DNA from: Oxynema aestuarii AP17
GTDB lineage: Bacteria; Cyanobacteriota; Cyanobacteriia; Cyanobacteriales; Laspinemataceae
Assembly: GCF_012295525.1 (NCBI RefSeq)
Contig: NZ_CP051167.1
Span: 5,749,299 to 5,813,298, forward strand
Direction of reading: 5' to 3'
Length of the DNA: 64,000 nucleotides
Shown: positions 1 through 11,079 of the stretch, in pieces
Layout of the letters: each line of letters begins with the position of its first letter
How positions within the stretch are numbered: the first letter of the stretch is position 1
Notes under the pieces: generated by a model
What the model saw: only the letters and a program-made list of their open reading frames with translations
What the model was told of the DNA's origin: nothing
Databases searched by the model: none
Translations under genes and position numbers: made by a program

Positions 1-69
1 TTTAGAAGTCGATTTGGCGGAAATGTCGCGTTTATATCGCAAATTGCAGTTTTTAGAACGGTTGAATCT

Positions 70-744
70 CTAGGATCCCTCGGAGGCGGGACGGTCTTCG
101 TCGGCGGGGGAGGGTTCGGCGTCGGCAGTGGCAGGGGATGAGGGGGGCATCGCCGCGACCAGTTCCGGCAACAGGCGATCGACGTCGAGACCGAACAGGC
201 TGAAGTTTTGGGGAATTTGTTCGACGGGGAACGGTTCGACATCCTCAAACTCGTTTTGTTGGGCGAGCATGACACCGAGAACGCTGACGGGGACTTGAAT
301 GAAGAGGTGGGCGGCGAGTAAGGAGATCGCGGCGATCGCCAGACCCAGCAGGCGCCAGGACGGCAGCCAGTCGGCGATCCCGCTCGCGGCGGGGGCGGAG
401 CGATACAAGAACCAGGCGGCGGCGATCGGGACGACGGGAACGATGAGGGCTAAGAAGCGATTTTGACCGCGTTTGAACAGGGTCAGCAGGCGACGTTGGG
501 CGTCGGTCAGGCGGATGGGTTTGAGAGCGACGACTAAGATACTGAAGATATAAAACGGTCGCGACCACTGCATCCAGACAACGGGGAGGACGGCGATCGC
601 GACGGGGAGAGAGAATTCTAACCAGACGGGAAGGATCGGGTCGCCGAGGGCAAAGCCTATCCAGCACAGTTCTAGGAATAGGGGCAGGGCGGCGATCCCC
701 GCCAGATGGATCCACAGGAAGGGGTCAAACCAGAAAGCACGCAT
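70..744 (-). CDS. Hypothetical polytopic membrane protein with a Pro/Ala/Asp/Glu-rich low-complexity C-terminal tail. Start chosen at the internal ATG (MRAFWFDPF...), because the longer ORF overlaps infB.
   Basis: ORF track 70..1035(-). An internal Met at revcomp 744..742 gives a 224-aa product with several hydrophobic helices and an acidic tail. Last gene downstream of infB on the same strand. Confidence 0.5.
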   Translation of the reverse strand: MRAFWFDPFLWIHLAGIAALPLFLELCWIGFALGDPILPVWLEFSLPVAIAVLPVVWMQWSRPFYIFSILVVALKPIRLTDAQRRLLTLFKRGQNRFLALIVPVVPIAAAWFLYRSAPAASGIADWLPSWRLLGLAIAAISLLAAHLFIQVPVSVLGVMLAQQNEFEDVEPFPVEQIPQNFSLFGLDVDRLLPELVAAMPPSSPATADAEPSPADEDRPASEGS

Positions 745-935
745 GGATGAAAGGGGGTGACTCGTCGATAAGGGTTCGTCCGGGAAGCCGAGACGATCGG
801 AAACTGCCCTTTTTATACCATTTCGCGTCCGCGATCGCGAGGGACGGCGCCGCTTTTGGAGGCGAGCAGCCCACGGAGAACGCCCCCGAGTGCTTGAAAC
901 CACACTCGGGGGCGTTGGATGGACGGCGATCGCCC

Positions 936-3900
936 TTAGTTCGGGGACAGGGTGCGACGCTTGGCAACCAGGCGATAGGCTTCGATGATGTCGCCTTCCT
1001 CCCAATCGCTGAAGCGATCGATCCCGATGCCGCATTCAAAGCCGCTATTGGCTTCTTTCACGTCATCTTTGACTCGTTTGAGGGAGTCGAGGACACCTTC
1101 GTAGATCACTTGGTTCTGGCGGCGGACCCGCACTTTGGCATTGCGAATCATCTTGCCATTTTGGATATAGCACCCGGCGACGGCACCGCGTCCGACGGGG
1201 AAGACGGCGCGCACTTCGGCTTCGCCGATCGCCTCCTCGACCATTTCCGGTTCGAGTAGACCTTCCATCGCCCCTTGGATGTCGTCGAGTAGTTTGTAGA
1301 TGATGTTGTACTCGCGAATGTCCACCCCACTGCGATCGGCAGCTTGGCGGGCCCCCGTCGCCAGGGTGGTATTGAACCCGATAATGACCGCATCGCTAGC
1401 GGCGGCCAAGTCCACGTCCGTTTCGCTGATTTCCCCGGGAGCGGAGAGCAGCACGCGCACTTGCACCTCATTTTGGGGAAGCTGGCGCAAGGAGCCGAGA
1501 ATCGCCTCGACGGAGCCTTGAACGTCCGCTTTGAGAATCAAGTTGAGTTCCTTGAGTTCTCCTTCTTGAGCGCGGGCGCTGAGGCTGTTGAGGGTGACCC
1601 GGCGAGAAGCCATCGCTTGCTGCAAGCGCGATTGACGGCTTTCTTCGGCGCGAGAGTCGGCCACGGCGCGGGCTTCTTTTTCGTTGCCGAAGACCTCGAA
1701 CTCGTCTCCGGCGGCGGGGACGTCGCCCAAGCCGAGGACTTCGACGGCAAAGGACGGACTGGCGGCTTCGACGCGCTGACCGCGATCGTCCACCATCGCC
1801 CGGACTTTACCCATAGCCGATCCGGCGACGAGGATATCGCCGACGCGCAGGGTGCCGTTTTGAACCAGTAAAGTCGCCACCGGACCTTTGGCTTTGTCTA
1901 AGTTGGCTTCGATCACCGTGCCTTTGGCGGGGCGATCGGGGTTGGCCATCAGTTCTTCGATTTCGGCCACCAGGACGATCATTTCGAGGAGAGTGTCGAG
2001 GTTTTCACCTTTGATGGCACTCAACGGCACCATAATCGTATCGCCGCCCCATTCTTCCGGAACCAGACCGTGTTCGCTCAGTTCTTGTTTGACGCGATCG
2101 CTCTGAGCCCCTTCCTTGTCAATTTTGTTGATCGCCACCACCAGGGGAACCTCGGCGGCGCGCGCGTGACCGATCGCTTCGAGGGTTTGCGGTTGCACGC
2201 CGTCGTCGGCGGCGACCACCAGCACGGCGATATCGGTCACCCGGGTGCCTCGGGCGCGCATGGCGGTAAAGGCTTCGTGACCGGGAGTGTCGAGGAAGAC
2301 GATCTGATGGATGGCGTCGTTATGCTCGACATCGACGTGATAGGCGCCGATATGCTGGGTGATCCCGCCCGCTTCGCCTTGAGCGACTTTGGTTTTGCGG
2401 ATGGCATCGAGCAAGGTGGTTTTCCCGTGGTCTACGTGACCCATGATCGTCACCACCGGAGGACGGGACTGGAGATTTTCCAGATCGTCGGCGTCGAGCA
2501 TTTCGCTGACTTTCTTCGCCTCGGATTCGGCTTCGGCGGTTTCGACTTCGACGCCGAGTTCTTCGGCGACCATTTTCGCCGTCGGAATGTCGAGGGTCTG
2601 GGTGACGTTAACCGCTATGCCTTTGAAGAAGAGAATTTTGACAATTTCTGTTTCGGCGGTTTCCAATTCGGTCGCCAGCTCTCGTACGGTGAGGGCTTGG
2701 CGCAACACCAGATGTTCCGGACGTTGTTTTTTCTCGGCTTTGTCCTGGCGCCGTCCGCGATGCCGCGAGCCACTGTCGCGAGTGGGGCTAGATTTTTTGT
2801 TTTTCGGCGCGCTACTCGGCCCCGACGTGCCTTGTCGCGGCCCTTGGCTAGTTTTGGGTTTGTTGGGACGGGCAGTTGACAAGCTGACATCGATCGCGGC
2901 GGACTGCTTGTCGTTGTCGAGGTCCAATTCTTCCTCGTCTTCGTCATCGATGGGTTTAGCCCGCCGTTTCGATTTCGACCCGGTTTTCGAGGTTTTCGCG
3001 GGAAACTCTTGGATGTCTTCTTCTTCTTCTTCGTATTTTTTCGAGCGTTTCGGGGGACGCGGCGGCGTCGGTCGCTTGAGTTTGAGACCCTCCGTTTCGA
3101 TCTCTTCATCCACGGAAGTTTCTTCGTCAAAGCTTCGCCCGGCGCCGGGGCGATCGCCACTGGCGGCTACCTCTTCGTCTCCTTTGCCTTTGCTCGGGCG
3201 CGGACGCTGCAATTCAGGCACGGACTCCGGTTTGCGCTTGACTTGCTTCGGCGCGCGATCGCCCGACGACTCTGCCGAAGCGGCAGGCGCCTCGCGTTCT
3301 TTCCCCGGGATCGCTTCGTCGGATTTTTTCGGGGAACTCGGCGACCCGGCACCGTCGCCTTTGGGCTTTTTAAGAATTGGTTTTTCTTTGAGCGGAGCCG
3401 AGGTCGAATCCGACGCCGTCGTCGGTGGGTTCGGTCGGGTCGGCGGTCTTTTGAGTTGAGGAGATTCTACTTCGGAACTCGTCGTTGCTTGCGATCCCGA
3501 CTCGGTGTCGTCGGTTTCAGTCGAGGCTAACTGCGGCTTCTGGAGCGCAGGTAATTCTTCGGGTGAGGGTTCTGAGGGTTGATGCACGTCTTCTTGCGGA
3601 CTGGTTTCACTCGGTTTGGCATAAACCGGACGATCGAATGTCGTCACTTCACTCGGGGAAGGGGGAGATGGCGGTTGGGGCGCGGGAGGGGGGGTTTCGT
3701 CCGCCGAGGGGGTCTCGGCTCGTTGGTTTTTGTCCCCACTCGATTTGTGCTTGCGAATTTCCAAAATTTGTTGTTTTTTCTTGCCCTCAGCCGAACCGCC
3801 CGATTCGGCGGTGGCTTTGGAGCGATGCCCTTTTCCCGAACCCGAGGTTTTGGCTTCGGGGTGAGCGGCCACGTACTTATCGGAATAGGCGCGAATGCGA

Positions 3901-4037
3901 TCGGCCTCATCTTCTGAAATCGTACTGCTATGACTTTTGACGGCTATGTTTAGCTGCTCGCAAACTGCCAAAATGTCTTTATTTTCCAAATTCAATTCCC
4001 GTGATAACTCGTATATTCTGACTTTGCCGTTGTTCAT
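936..4037 (-). CDS. infB: Translation initiation factor IF-2
   Basis: 1033-aa ORF. The N-terminus [31 protein letters not shown] is the IF2 N-domain. There is a long Pro/Lys/Glu-rich linker. The G-domain has [20 protein letters not shown] and NKIDK motifs, and C-terminal beta-barrel domains follow. Confidence 0.97.
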   Translation of the reverse strand: MNNGKVRIYELSRELNLENKDILAVCEQLNIAVKSHSSTISEDEADRIRAYSDKYVAAHPEAKTSGSGKGHRSKATAESGGSAEGKKKQQILEIRKHKSSGDKNQRAETPSADETPPPAPQPPSPPSPSEVTTFDRPVYAKPSETSPQEDVHQPSEPSPEELPALQKPQLASTETDDTESGSQATTSSEVESPQLKRPPTRPNPPTTASDSTSAPLKEKPILKKPKGDGAGSPSSPKKSDEAIPGKEREAPAASAESSGDRAPKQVKRKPESVPELQRPRPSKGKGDEEVAASGDRPGAGRSFDEETSVDEEIETEGLKLKRPTPPRPPKRSKKYEEEEEDIQEFPAKTSKTGSKSKRRAKPIDDEDEEELDLDNDKQSAAIDVSLSTARPNKPKTSQGPRQGTSGPSSAPKNKKSSPTRDSGSRHRGRRQDKAEKKQRPEHLVLRQALTVRELATELETAETEIVKILFFKGIAVNVTQTLDIPTAKMVAEELGVEVETAEAESEAKKVSEMLDADDLENLQSRPPVVTIMGHVDHGKTTLLDAIRKTKVAQGEAGGITQHIGAYHVDVEHNDAIHQIVFLDTPGHEAFTAMRARGTRVTDIAVLVVAADDGVQPQTLEAIGHARAAEVPLVVAINKIDKEGAQSDRVKQELSEHGLVPEEWGGDTIMVPLSAIKGENLDTLLEMIVLVAEIEELMANPDRPAKGTVIEANLDKAKGPVATLLVQNGTLRVGDILVAGSAMGKVRAMVDDRGQRVEAASPSFAVEVLGLGDVPAAGDEFEVFGNEKEARAVADSRAEESRQSRLQQAMASRRVTLNSLSARAQEGELKELNLILKADVQGSVEAILGSLRQLPQNEVQVRVLLSAPGEISETDVDLAAASDAVIIGFNTTLATGARQAADRSGVDIREYNIIYKLLDDIQGAMEGLLEPEMVEEAIGEAEVRAVFPVGRGAVAGCYIQNGKMIRNAKVRVRRQNQVIYEGVLDSLKRVKDDVKEANSGFECGIGIDRFSDWEEGDIIEAYRLVAKRRTLSPN

Positions 4038-4523
4038 AAAACCTCCTTCCGGCGACTCCCTGTCTTTCCTTGGGTTAGTGTTGGCGCGCTCGGGGCGCTG
4101 GGCGCTCGCGGACGCATGTCGAGTGAAGACTCAGGATCCTAGGGCATGAAAACTCGCGAACGGTCGGACAGTGGCGTCGGGGGTCGAGGGGGATACTCTA
4201 CCGACAACTGAGAATGGCGATCGCCCGATCGCGAGTCGTAGACCTCTAGAAAGGATCGCGGATGAAGAACGAAGCGTCAAACCCAAGCGCCTGTTCCTGT
4301 ATTATTCGTCTCTCCCTTTCGCCTTTTGCCTTCGTTTTGAACCCCTTCTCCAAGAAGGCTCGCTTGCTGTCGATCGAATCGATAACAATGGACAACAGCT
4401 AGTTTAGCCTGCCGCCGCAGTCACCTGCGCCGATGGATTGCGCTCTCCCGGTCGGGGGAATCCCTCCCTCTAGTCTTGCACGACTTTCTATACGAGTGCG
4501 GACTGGATTGAGGGCAATCTCTG

Positions 4524-4865
4524 TCAGTCGCGCGGATTGGGCGATCGGAGCAAGCTGCCCGATTCGCGTTCTGGATCGTTCGACGAGATGGATTCCTCCG
4601 CAGCCGACCCCTCCCGGACAACCCGTTGCCGCAAAGTTTCGTACAGTTGTGGGGGAACAGTGGCTTTGAGCGATCGCCCCAATCGATTTTTCTTTTGAGC
4701 GGCTCGGACACACTGTTCGCTCAGACAAATATATGCCGATCGCCCCATCCCCCTGTCTAATTGTACCGTATGGGACGGATGGACTCGGACGACCCGACAA
4801 AACTCCTGTTTGGGAGCGACTCGGCGACAACTGATACAACGTCGGTAATTGACTTTCATCGGCAA
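4524..4865 (-). CDS. ylxR: YlxR/DUF448-family protein (putative RNA-binding protein in the nusA-infB operon)
   Basis: 113-aa ORF with an [19 protein letters not shown] Cys-containing N-terminal motif typical of YlxR. It sits between nusA and infB, as in the canonical operon. Confidence 0.7.
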   Translation of the reverse strand: MPMKVNYRRCISCRRVAPKQEFCRVVRVHPSHTVQLDRGMGRSAYICLSEQCVRAAQKKNRLGRSLKATVPPQLYETLRQRVVREGSAAEESISSNDPERESGSLLRSPNPRD

Positions 4866-4998
4866 CGGCTTGGCGGTCGGTCTACAAGGGGGCGATGGCG
4901 ACGCTCATCTCCCCGGTTCGAGGGGCTTCGCTCCCCGCGCGGTCTCCCGGGTTCGGGGGTGGCGCCAAGCCCCCGCCGGGCGCGATCCCGGGGTTCGA

Positions 4999-6192
4999 TT
5001 ACTCGGATTCTTCCAGGGGCACGACCTCCTCGGCAGTTTCTTCCACTTGTACTGTTTCCTCTTCGTATTTCGCACTATCCTTGATATCGATCTTCCACCC
5101 GGTCAGTCGAGCTGCCAGTCGGACGTTCTGCCCCTCTTTCCCAATCGCCAAACTGAGCTGGTCTTCCGGAACCAAAACGTGAGCTTGGCGGCTGTCGGGA
5201 TCGACTAGGCGCACTTCGTCCACTTTCGCCGGACTCAAGGCATTGGCGATATAGGTCGCCGGGTCCGGAGACCAACGAATCACGTCGATTTTTTCCCCGC
5301 GCAGTTCGTTGACCACGACCTGAATCCGCGATCCGCGCGCCCCTATGCAGGCCCCTACGGGATCGACTTCTCGCTCTAACGTATCCACGGCGATCTTAGT
5401 ACGCGGTCCGACGTGACGGGAGGGGGGATTGGCTTCGCGCGCTACGGCGACAATCCGCACGACTTCATCTTCAATTTCCGGCACTTCGTTGGCAAACAAG
5501 TAAACCACCAATCCGGCGTCTGCCCTCGATACCAACAATTGCGGCCCTCGATGGGGTCCTTCGCGGACTTTCTTGAGATACACCTTCAAGGTCGCATTCG
5601 CCCGATAATTATCGTTGGGCAACTGCTCGCGTTTGGGCAATTCGGCTTCGACTTCGGGATTGCCAAACCCACTGTTGACCGCCAAAATTGCCGACTGTCG
5701 CTCGAAACGCAAGACCCGCGCTTGTAAAACCGTTCCTTCCAAGTCCTCAAACTCTTCTTGAATCAGTTTGCGCTGTTGGTCGCGCAGTTTTTGCGCCAGC
5801 ACTTGTTTGGTTTGAATCGCTGCCATCCGCCCGAAATCGCCTTGGTCCGGGGTGACATCTAACACCACCGTATCTCCCAATTGGGCTTCGGCGGCCACTT
5901 CTCGCACTTCTTGCAAGGCGATCTCGTGATCCGCACTGCTGACCGTTTCGACGATCGTTTTGGTCGAAAGCACCCGAAATCCCTCTTCTTCGGTATCGAG
6001 TTCGATCTCGAAGTTGTCGAAAAAGGTTTCGTCAAAATGCTGGCGATCCATACTCAAGGTGCGACGGTAGCGCTCGTACCCTTTGAGGAGGGCTTCGCGC
6101 AAGGCCGCTTGTACCGCGTGTTTCGGTAAATTCCGCTCTTGAGAGATATTATCGATCATGTCCCGGAGTCCGGGCAAACTAACCATTGACAT
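4999..6192 (-). CDS. nusA: Transcription termination/antitermination factor NusA
   Basis: 397-aa ORF. The N-terminus [44 protein letters not shown] matches NusA. S1/KH-like regions (GxxGxRI) are present, and the gene lies in the rimP-nusA-infB context. Confidence 0.95.
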   Translation of the reverse strand: MSMVSLPGLRDMIDNISQERNLPKHAVQAALREALLKGYERYRRTLSMDRQHFDETFFDNFEIELDTEEEGFRVLSTKTIVETVSSADHEIALQEVREVAAEAQLGDTVVLDVTPDQGDFGRMAAIQTKQVLAQKLRDQQRKLIQEEFEDLEGTVLQARVLRFERQSAILAVNSGFGNPEVEAELPKREQLPNDNYRANATLKVYLKKVREGPHRGPQLLVSRADAGLVVYLFANEVPEIEDEVVRIVAVAREANPPSRHVGPRTKIAVDTLEREVDPVGACIGARGSRIQVVVNELRGEKIDVIRWSPDPATYIANALSPAKVDEVRLVDPDSRQAHVLVPEDQLSLAIGKEGQNVRLAARLTGWKIDIKDSAKYEEETVQVEETAEEVVPLEESE

Positions 6193-6252
6193 AGGCGTTC
6201 CTATCCGTATTCGATGGGAGAACTGGGGACGCGGACGATCGCGTCTCGGGGA

Positions 6253-6714
6253 TCAAACTCCGTCGGCGAGTCGGACTTGCGTCACGATCGATCTCGGAAT
6301 TTTCATCACCCGTCCCTTTTGATTGAGATAAACGGCGCCCTCGTCCCGGCGCACGAGTTTGCCGCTCCATTCTTGATGTCCTTGAAAGGGTTCGGCGGTC
6401 GCGACCGTCACCCCAAACCCTTTAAACGCGACAAAATCGCGATCGCTACTCAACTCGGAAGAAATCCCGGGACTCGAAATTTCCAAAATGTAAGCGTCGG
6501 GAATTAAATCGCTTTCGTCTAACAGGGTGTCGAGGGCTTTGCTCATCCGTTCGCAGTCATCGAGACTGGTGTCCGAAGCGGGGTTGCGGATGTCCACCCG
6601 CAAGATCGGCGGACTTTCGTGAGTGTGAAATACTGCCGTTACCACTTCCAACCCGAGTTGTTCGGCTACGGGGGTCGCCAATTCGATAATTTGGGGGATC
6701 AAAGGATGAGTCAT
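6253..6714 (-). CDS. rimP: Ribosome maturation factor RimP
   Basis: An internal start [25 protein letters not shown] matches the RimP N-terminus. It is immediately upstream of nusA on the same strand. The ORF track gives a longer 6253..6786 frame. Confidence 0.85.
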   Translation of the reverse strand: MTHPLIPQIIELATPVAEQLGLEVVTAVFHTHESPPILRVDIRNPASDTSLDDCERMSKALDTLLDESDLIPDAYILEISSPGISSELSSDRDFVAFKGFGVTVATAEPFQGHQEWSGKLVRRDEGAVYLNQKGRVMKIPRSIVTQVRLADGV

Positions 6715-7068
6715 TGCACAGCTCCAACAAAAAAAGTGGGCAGCTACCCACTTCCCGCAACATTGATGTCTTCCAAGAAGGTTCACGACGAGCGAAAGAC
6801 CCTCGGGTCGTCGTCGGATTGCGGCCCGTTGTCGGCGAGGGCCATCAACTTCGGGGGCGATCGCTCGCTCCCTTTGCAGGATAGGGCTTCCCTCGAAGGC
6901 TGTCGAACTCGCCTTTCCCTCTTTCCTTCTCCTCTTTCGGCTCGCCTGGTGGCTCTCGCGAGAGGGAAGAACTTCGCTTGACCGGAGGATCGGGGGTTCT
7001 CGACCTACAGGTGGGACGCTGGGAAAGGCGAAGCGTTCGGCCAGCAGACCTGACCGAGTTCGGATGAC

Positions 7069-7093
7069 AAAAAAAAACGCTCGCCTCCGAGCA
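7069..7093 (-). terminator. Candidate Rho-independent terminator read on the minus strand: GC hairpin followed by a U9 run
   Basis: Plus strand shows A9 (7069..7077) followed by cgctcgcctccgagc. On the minus strand this reads gctcggaggcgagcg + TTTTTTTTT. It lies downstream of the 7328..9211(-) gene and upstream of the rimP operon. Confidence 0.4.
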
Positions 7094-7327
7094 GTTAAGC
7101 GCTGCTGAAGTCTACCCTCGGGGGGCTGACTTTACCGAGCGCGTAGGCGATTTTTTCGTTCGCTCAAGTCTGGGAGGAACGTGCGGGAGAAGGGGATCTC
7201 CGCATCGGTACAACCGCATCACCGAACTGAGCCGCTTTCTATTCTAGTGGCTCCTGACGGCTTTTGTCTATCTCGCCCGTTGTCGGCGATCGCCGGATCG
7301 CCGCCTTCCCTCCCACTCGGGTTCACC

Positions 7328-9211
7328 TTAACGCGATGGATTCGGAGGGTTCGGATTGCGTCCGGCGAGCTGGCGCAATTGCTCGGTTTCGGCGAAAATA
7401 CGGTCGGGATCGGTTTCGATCGCCCGTTTGACGTAGTTGAGCTTGATTTCTTCGAGTAAGTCGGACACCAACGCCTGCAGTTCGGCGAGGGTATTTTCGG
7501 TCTGCAATTCCACCCGCAAGGCTTCGCCAAAATTCTCGACCAACTGCTCGATCAATTCGTCGGCGATCGGATCCGGGGGCAGGTCGGCGATCGCGTGATA
7601 CGCACTGTCTGGCCCTTCTGCCAGCAATTTCGACACCCTCACCGACACTTGTTTGGCAATCTGCTCGGACCACCCCGCTAACCCCATTCCCTGCAATCGC
7701 CGATAAAAATCCGTGCTTTTAATACTCGTCTCCAGCACGTGATAGATCAACTGCTCCAGATCCGGTTGCACTTTGGGCAAGACTTTACACACTCCCAATT
7801 GCAACAGTCGCCGCGAAATTTCCTGCACTTCATTCGTATCGTTAATGTCGATATATTCCTGTTCGTTTGGCTGGAGCAGCGATTTGGTCAATTCTCCACT
7901 TTCGACGCTACTTTTCATTTGATTGATAATCTGCACGACCACCACTTGGGTCAGTTCTTCGGCGAAACTGGCGACGACCCCCAAGCGCAATTGCGCGCGC
8001 AACCATTCAATATCCACTAAACCGGATTCGTCGAGGCGAATGACTACGGGAACGACGCGCAACCACCGCCAAAAAGGAATTAACAATAACAAGTCGTACC
8101 AGCGCCAAAATACGGCACTTTCCAGGGTAACGTTGGGATGACGCCGGGTAATCAGCCAACTGCGAAATAAAATATCGATAAAAAATAAGGCGACGAAGAA
8201 AAAGTCAATCAACCAAAAGCGATCGATATAATCACTATTCACCCCGATATGGCGGTAATAGTTACTCTGCATTAAAAACCGAATCTTGCCATTGAAAAAC
8301 TTTAGTTCTTCCTGCCAGCCGTGCTCCCGGAAATTCTCCAGACTCCAAAACTCCTCAAAGGCTCCCGTGGAAGACTTATTCGCCCAAAACACTTCGGGGG
8401 CTAAAAAGTCCAGAACCCAAATAATCGGCGCGGGACCCGAGGGAGCCTCTTCGGGTTTGCGCGAGTAAATATGACGGCGAATTTGATTTTTAATCTCTTC
8501 GAGGGTGCCACTTTTCTCGGCTTGGGCGAAATAATTTTCTCGAATCATGTTGCGACTTTCTTCGCGCAATTCTTCGAGTAGGATCGGCACTTCGGGAGAC
8601 TCCATGCCGTACAGTTGCAATTCGGCTTGCAGTTCGGAGACGAGGCGTAAATATTGTTGGGTATCCCGATAAGGTTCGATCCCTTTGACCGGATCGTAAA
8701 ATAATTTAGGTTCGTAAAAGTCGATTAAAAAGCGGATTTCGCTGTTGAAAAATCTGAGGCTTTCTTGCCAGCCATTTTGACGCAAGTAACGCACGCTCCA
8801 GAGGCTTTGGAAGGCGTCGATCGCGTCGTCGGTGCCGAACTGCTCGCTCATGCGGGTTTTCACTTCTTCGAGGGACCCGTAGCTGTCGGTGACGCGAAAT
8901 AAATCTTCTCCTAACAGGCGGGTACTCTGCTGGCGCAATTGTTCGAGCAGGGGAGGGACTTCGGGGGAATCCAAGCCTTGCTCTTGTAACAGGGTTTCGA
9001 GGCGATCGACGTTTTTGAGATATTTCTCGCGATTGGTGACGTTGAATTTTTGGAAGAACAGATCGGCGCGCAAGTAATAGTCGCGTCCGGGGATATAGCT
9101 GAGGTCGAACAGGACGAGACCCAAGTTTAAAACGGCCACGATCGCGATCGTTTTGTCGATCCAGTGGAGCCAGGAGGGAAAGCGGCGATCGGGACGTTGT
9201 GGGGATGGCAT
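7328..9211 (-). CDS. Hypothetical membrane protein with an internal tandem duplication of a ~150-aa soluble module and a C-proximal arginine-periodic (S4-like) transmembrane helix
   Basis: 627-aa ORF with an N-terminal TM. Two repeats share the motifs (EQGLDSPEVP...LRQNGWQESLRFFNSEIRFL) and (YGMESPEVP...REHGWQEELKFFNGKIRFL). These are followed by FWLIDFFFVALFFIDILF and FWRWLRVVPVVIRL helices. Confidence 0.6.
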   Translation of the reverse strand: MPSPQRPDRRFPSWLHWIDKTIAIVAVLNLGLVLFDLSYIPGRDYYLRADLFFQKFNVTNREKYLKNVDRLETLLQEQGLDSPEVPPLLEQLRQQSTRLLGEDLFRVTDSYGSLEEVKTRMSEQFGTDDAIDAFQSLWSVRYLRQNGWQESLRFFNSEIRFLIDFYEPKLFYDPVKGIEPYRDTQQYLRLVSELQAELQLYGMESPEVPILLEELREESRNMIRENYFAQAEKSGTLEEIKNQIRRHIYSRKPEEAPSGPAPIIWVLDFLAPEVFWANKSSTGAFEEFWSLENFREHGWQEELKFFNGKIRFLMQSNYYRHIGVNSDYIDRFWLIDFFFVALFFIDILFRSWLITRRHPNVTLESAVFWRWYDLLLLIPFWRWLRVVPVVIRLDESGLVDIEWLRAQLRLGVVASFAEELTQVVVVQIINQMKSSVESGELTKSLLQPNEQEYIDINDTNEVQEISRRLLQLGVCKVLPKVQPDLEQLIYHVLETSIKSTDFYRRLQGMGLAGWSEQIAKQVSVRVSKLLAEGPDSAYHAIADLPPDPIADELIEQLVENFGEALRVELQTENTLAELQALVSDLLEEIKLNYVKRAIETDPDRIFAETEQLRQLAGRNPNPPNPSR

Positions 9212-9355
9212 GGTTTCAAATATTCGCGGAAAACGGAAAGGGCTCGCTTAACAATTCGCCGAACTCGGGCGGCGTCAGGTCGCGCGCGCGAGTCTAGGGG
9301 GAAGCTTAGCGGAAAGGGCGTGAAGCTGGCAAGGGATCGCGCTTTCGGGAGGGCT

Positions 9356-9919
9356 TTACGGCTCGCGATCGCCGGAATTGGGAAAGTTTTGGCGGTAGGA
9401 TTGGCCGTCATTGGGGGCGCCATCGTCGGGGTGGCGATCGCCGGAGTCGGTGCGATCGCGTAGGGTCTCCAAAGAAGAATCGCGCAAATCGAGGGGCTGC
9501 CGTTGCGAGGGGGGCAGGCGATCGATGGACCTTCGGCTGCTTCCGGCGTTGGAACCGGGACGGGTAAAGGTTCTCCAGGCGACTTTGAATCCGGTCACGA
9601 CGCTGCGGGTGGTATGGCGCGCTTTTTGAGCCTGTCGTTTGGCGGAACCGAGGGAGCGATCGACTTGTTTGACGACTCCCGAGGCGCTCTGAACCCCGTC
9701 GGACACTTCGTCGGTGAGGTCGCTAATTTCCATTCCCGTGAGTCGGATCGCTTCTAAGGTCGGTGGGAATTCGCGTGCGAGGGTGTCGGCGAGTTTTTCG
9801 ACGCTGCGCGCGGCCCGTCCGACGGCTTGCAAGGCGGGTAGGGCTGCCAGCAAGACGAGGATCAAGCTGACAGCCACGAGTAGGAAAGACAGTCCGAGCC
9901 AAAACAGGGGATCAGTCAC
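9356..9919 (-). CDS. DUF948-like membrane-anchored protein (general-stress-protein-like)
   Basis: 187-aa ORF with an N-terminal TM (LFWLGLSFLLVAVSLILVLLAAL) followed by a helical region and a disordered tail. It is adjacent to a YtxH-like gene, as in the Bacillus ytxGHJ arrangement. Confidence 0.5.
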   Translation of the reverse strand: MTDPLFWLGLSFLLVAVSLILVLLAALPALQAVGRAARSVEKLADTLAREFPPTLEAIRLTGMEISDLTDEVSDGVQSASGVVKQVDRSLGSAKRQAQKARHTTRSVVTGFKVAWRTFTRPGSNAGSSRRSIDRLPPSQRQPLDLRDSSLETLRDRTDSGDRHPDDGAPNDGQSYRQNFPNSGDREP

Positions 9920-9958
9920 GGGAGAGTAGGGATAGCTTGCGATGACAGTCGATCGATC

Positions 9959-10342
9959 TCACGATTGGGTGGTGTGAGCGGAGGAGGGGTTGGAAAACTC
10001 GTTGTCTGGGTCTTCTTCGGGATCTGGGCGATCTTCGCGATTTTGGCGATCGAGTTGTTCTTTTTCGAGTTGGCTCGCTTCGATCCCGGAGGCGATCGCC
10101 TCGCGCAAGCGCACGAGGGTTTCGTCCCAATTGCGAAGGGTTTTCGCGGAGAGGCGATCGGCTTGCAGTTGCAGGGTACTCGATAGGTCTTCGGCGAGTT
10201 CGGGAAGGGCCGCCGCCGATTTTTTCACCAGTTGGCGGGTTTTGCGACCGCTACGAGGAGCGACGAGCAACCCGGTAATCGTCCCGATCGCCGTTCCCAG
10301 CAAGACCCCACCAATAAATGCTCCAGTACGATTCTTGGACAT
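9959..10342 (-). CDS. YtxH-domain protein
   Basis: 127-aa ORF. The N-terminus GAFIGGVLLGTAIGTITGLLVAPRSGRKTR is the YtxH glycine-zipper signature. A coiled-coil follows. Confidence 0.6.
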   Translation of the reverse strand: MSKNRTGAFIGGVLLGTAIGTITGLLVAPRSGRKTRQLVKKSAAALPELAEDLSSTLQLQADRLSAKTLRNWDETLVRLREAIASGIEASQLEKEQLDRQNREDRPDPEEDPDNEFSNPSSAHTTQS

Positions 10343-10406
10343 TGTAAATGGTTTCGATTGAGCTTACAGATATTTTAGGCGGCTTTTGACCGCTCCACCG
10401 CCCTCC

Positions 10407-10775
10407 CTAGCGGGGATTGCCCTTCGGCGGCGCCCCCGCGCGCGCTTTTCCTTTGGAGACGCTACGCGAATGCTCGCTCCGGCGCCCTCGGCGAAACCAC
10501 AAGCCCCCAATCCAATTCAATACGGCTAAAATTTGGCGGACTTGGTTGACTTGTCGTTCGAGCTGACTGTAGAGATCGCGTAAATTGCGGGTGCCTTGCT
10601 GTCCTTTCGCTAAGGTGGGCGGGATCGGATGGAGGGCGTTGTAGGTGACGCGATCTGCGTAGAGAATGGCATTGGCGGCGCGATCGATGCTGCGACTCAA
10701 GCACCACAGTCTCCAGGCTACAGATAGGGCGATCGCCGCCATCGTCAAGTTGATCGCAACTACTGCCAAGATCAT
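10407..10775 (-). CDS. Small hypothetical membrane protein
   Basis: 122-aa ORF with one N-terminal TM (ILAVVAINLTMAAIALSVAW). It is co-directional with, and upstream of, the YtxH-like and DUF948-like genes. Confidence 0.4.
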   Translation of the reverse strand: MILAVVAINLTMAAIALSVAWRLWCLSRSIDRAANAILYADRVTYNALHPIPPTLAKGQQGTRNLRDLYSQLERQVNQVRQILAVLNWIGGLWFRRGRRSEHSRSVSKGKARAGAPPKGNPR

Positions 10776-11079
10776 CGCCGTCCTCCCGCACTCCAGCGCG
10801 ATCGCTCCTGGGTTTGGCTCAATTTTCGCACTCCTCCCCCCCTCTTTTGTCGATTTTTCCGCGATCGGTTTTTAACAACAATTTGATTAAAAACGAACGA
10901 TCTCCCGGGTTTTTATCTTATCATCAACTTGACAAAATCTCGATTTTTTAACTCCGACGAACCCTATTGACCGTCTCCCGGTCGATACGTTCCTCCCCTC
11001 GGCGTTAACTGACCGTTAACATCAGGTCGTTCGTCTTATTGTTCTCCCCGCTCTTTTTCTATCTTCAGCGATCGCCTTC

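Noticed and set aside
747-3530. Multiple 100-340-aa ORFs on the plus strand (747..1259, 1344..1871, 2070..2879, 2443..3459, 3009..3530)
   Set aside because: All are antisense to the unambiguous infB gene. They are GC-rich frame artefacts with low-complexity Arg/Gly/Ser-rich translations.
4399-4839. 146-aa and 96-aa minus-strand ORFs overlapping ylxR
   Set aside because: They are alternative frames of the YlxR locus. Only the frame with the Cys-rich YlxR motif is convincing.
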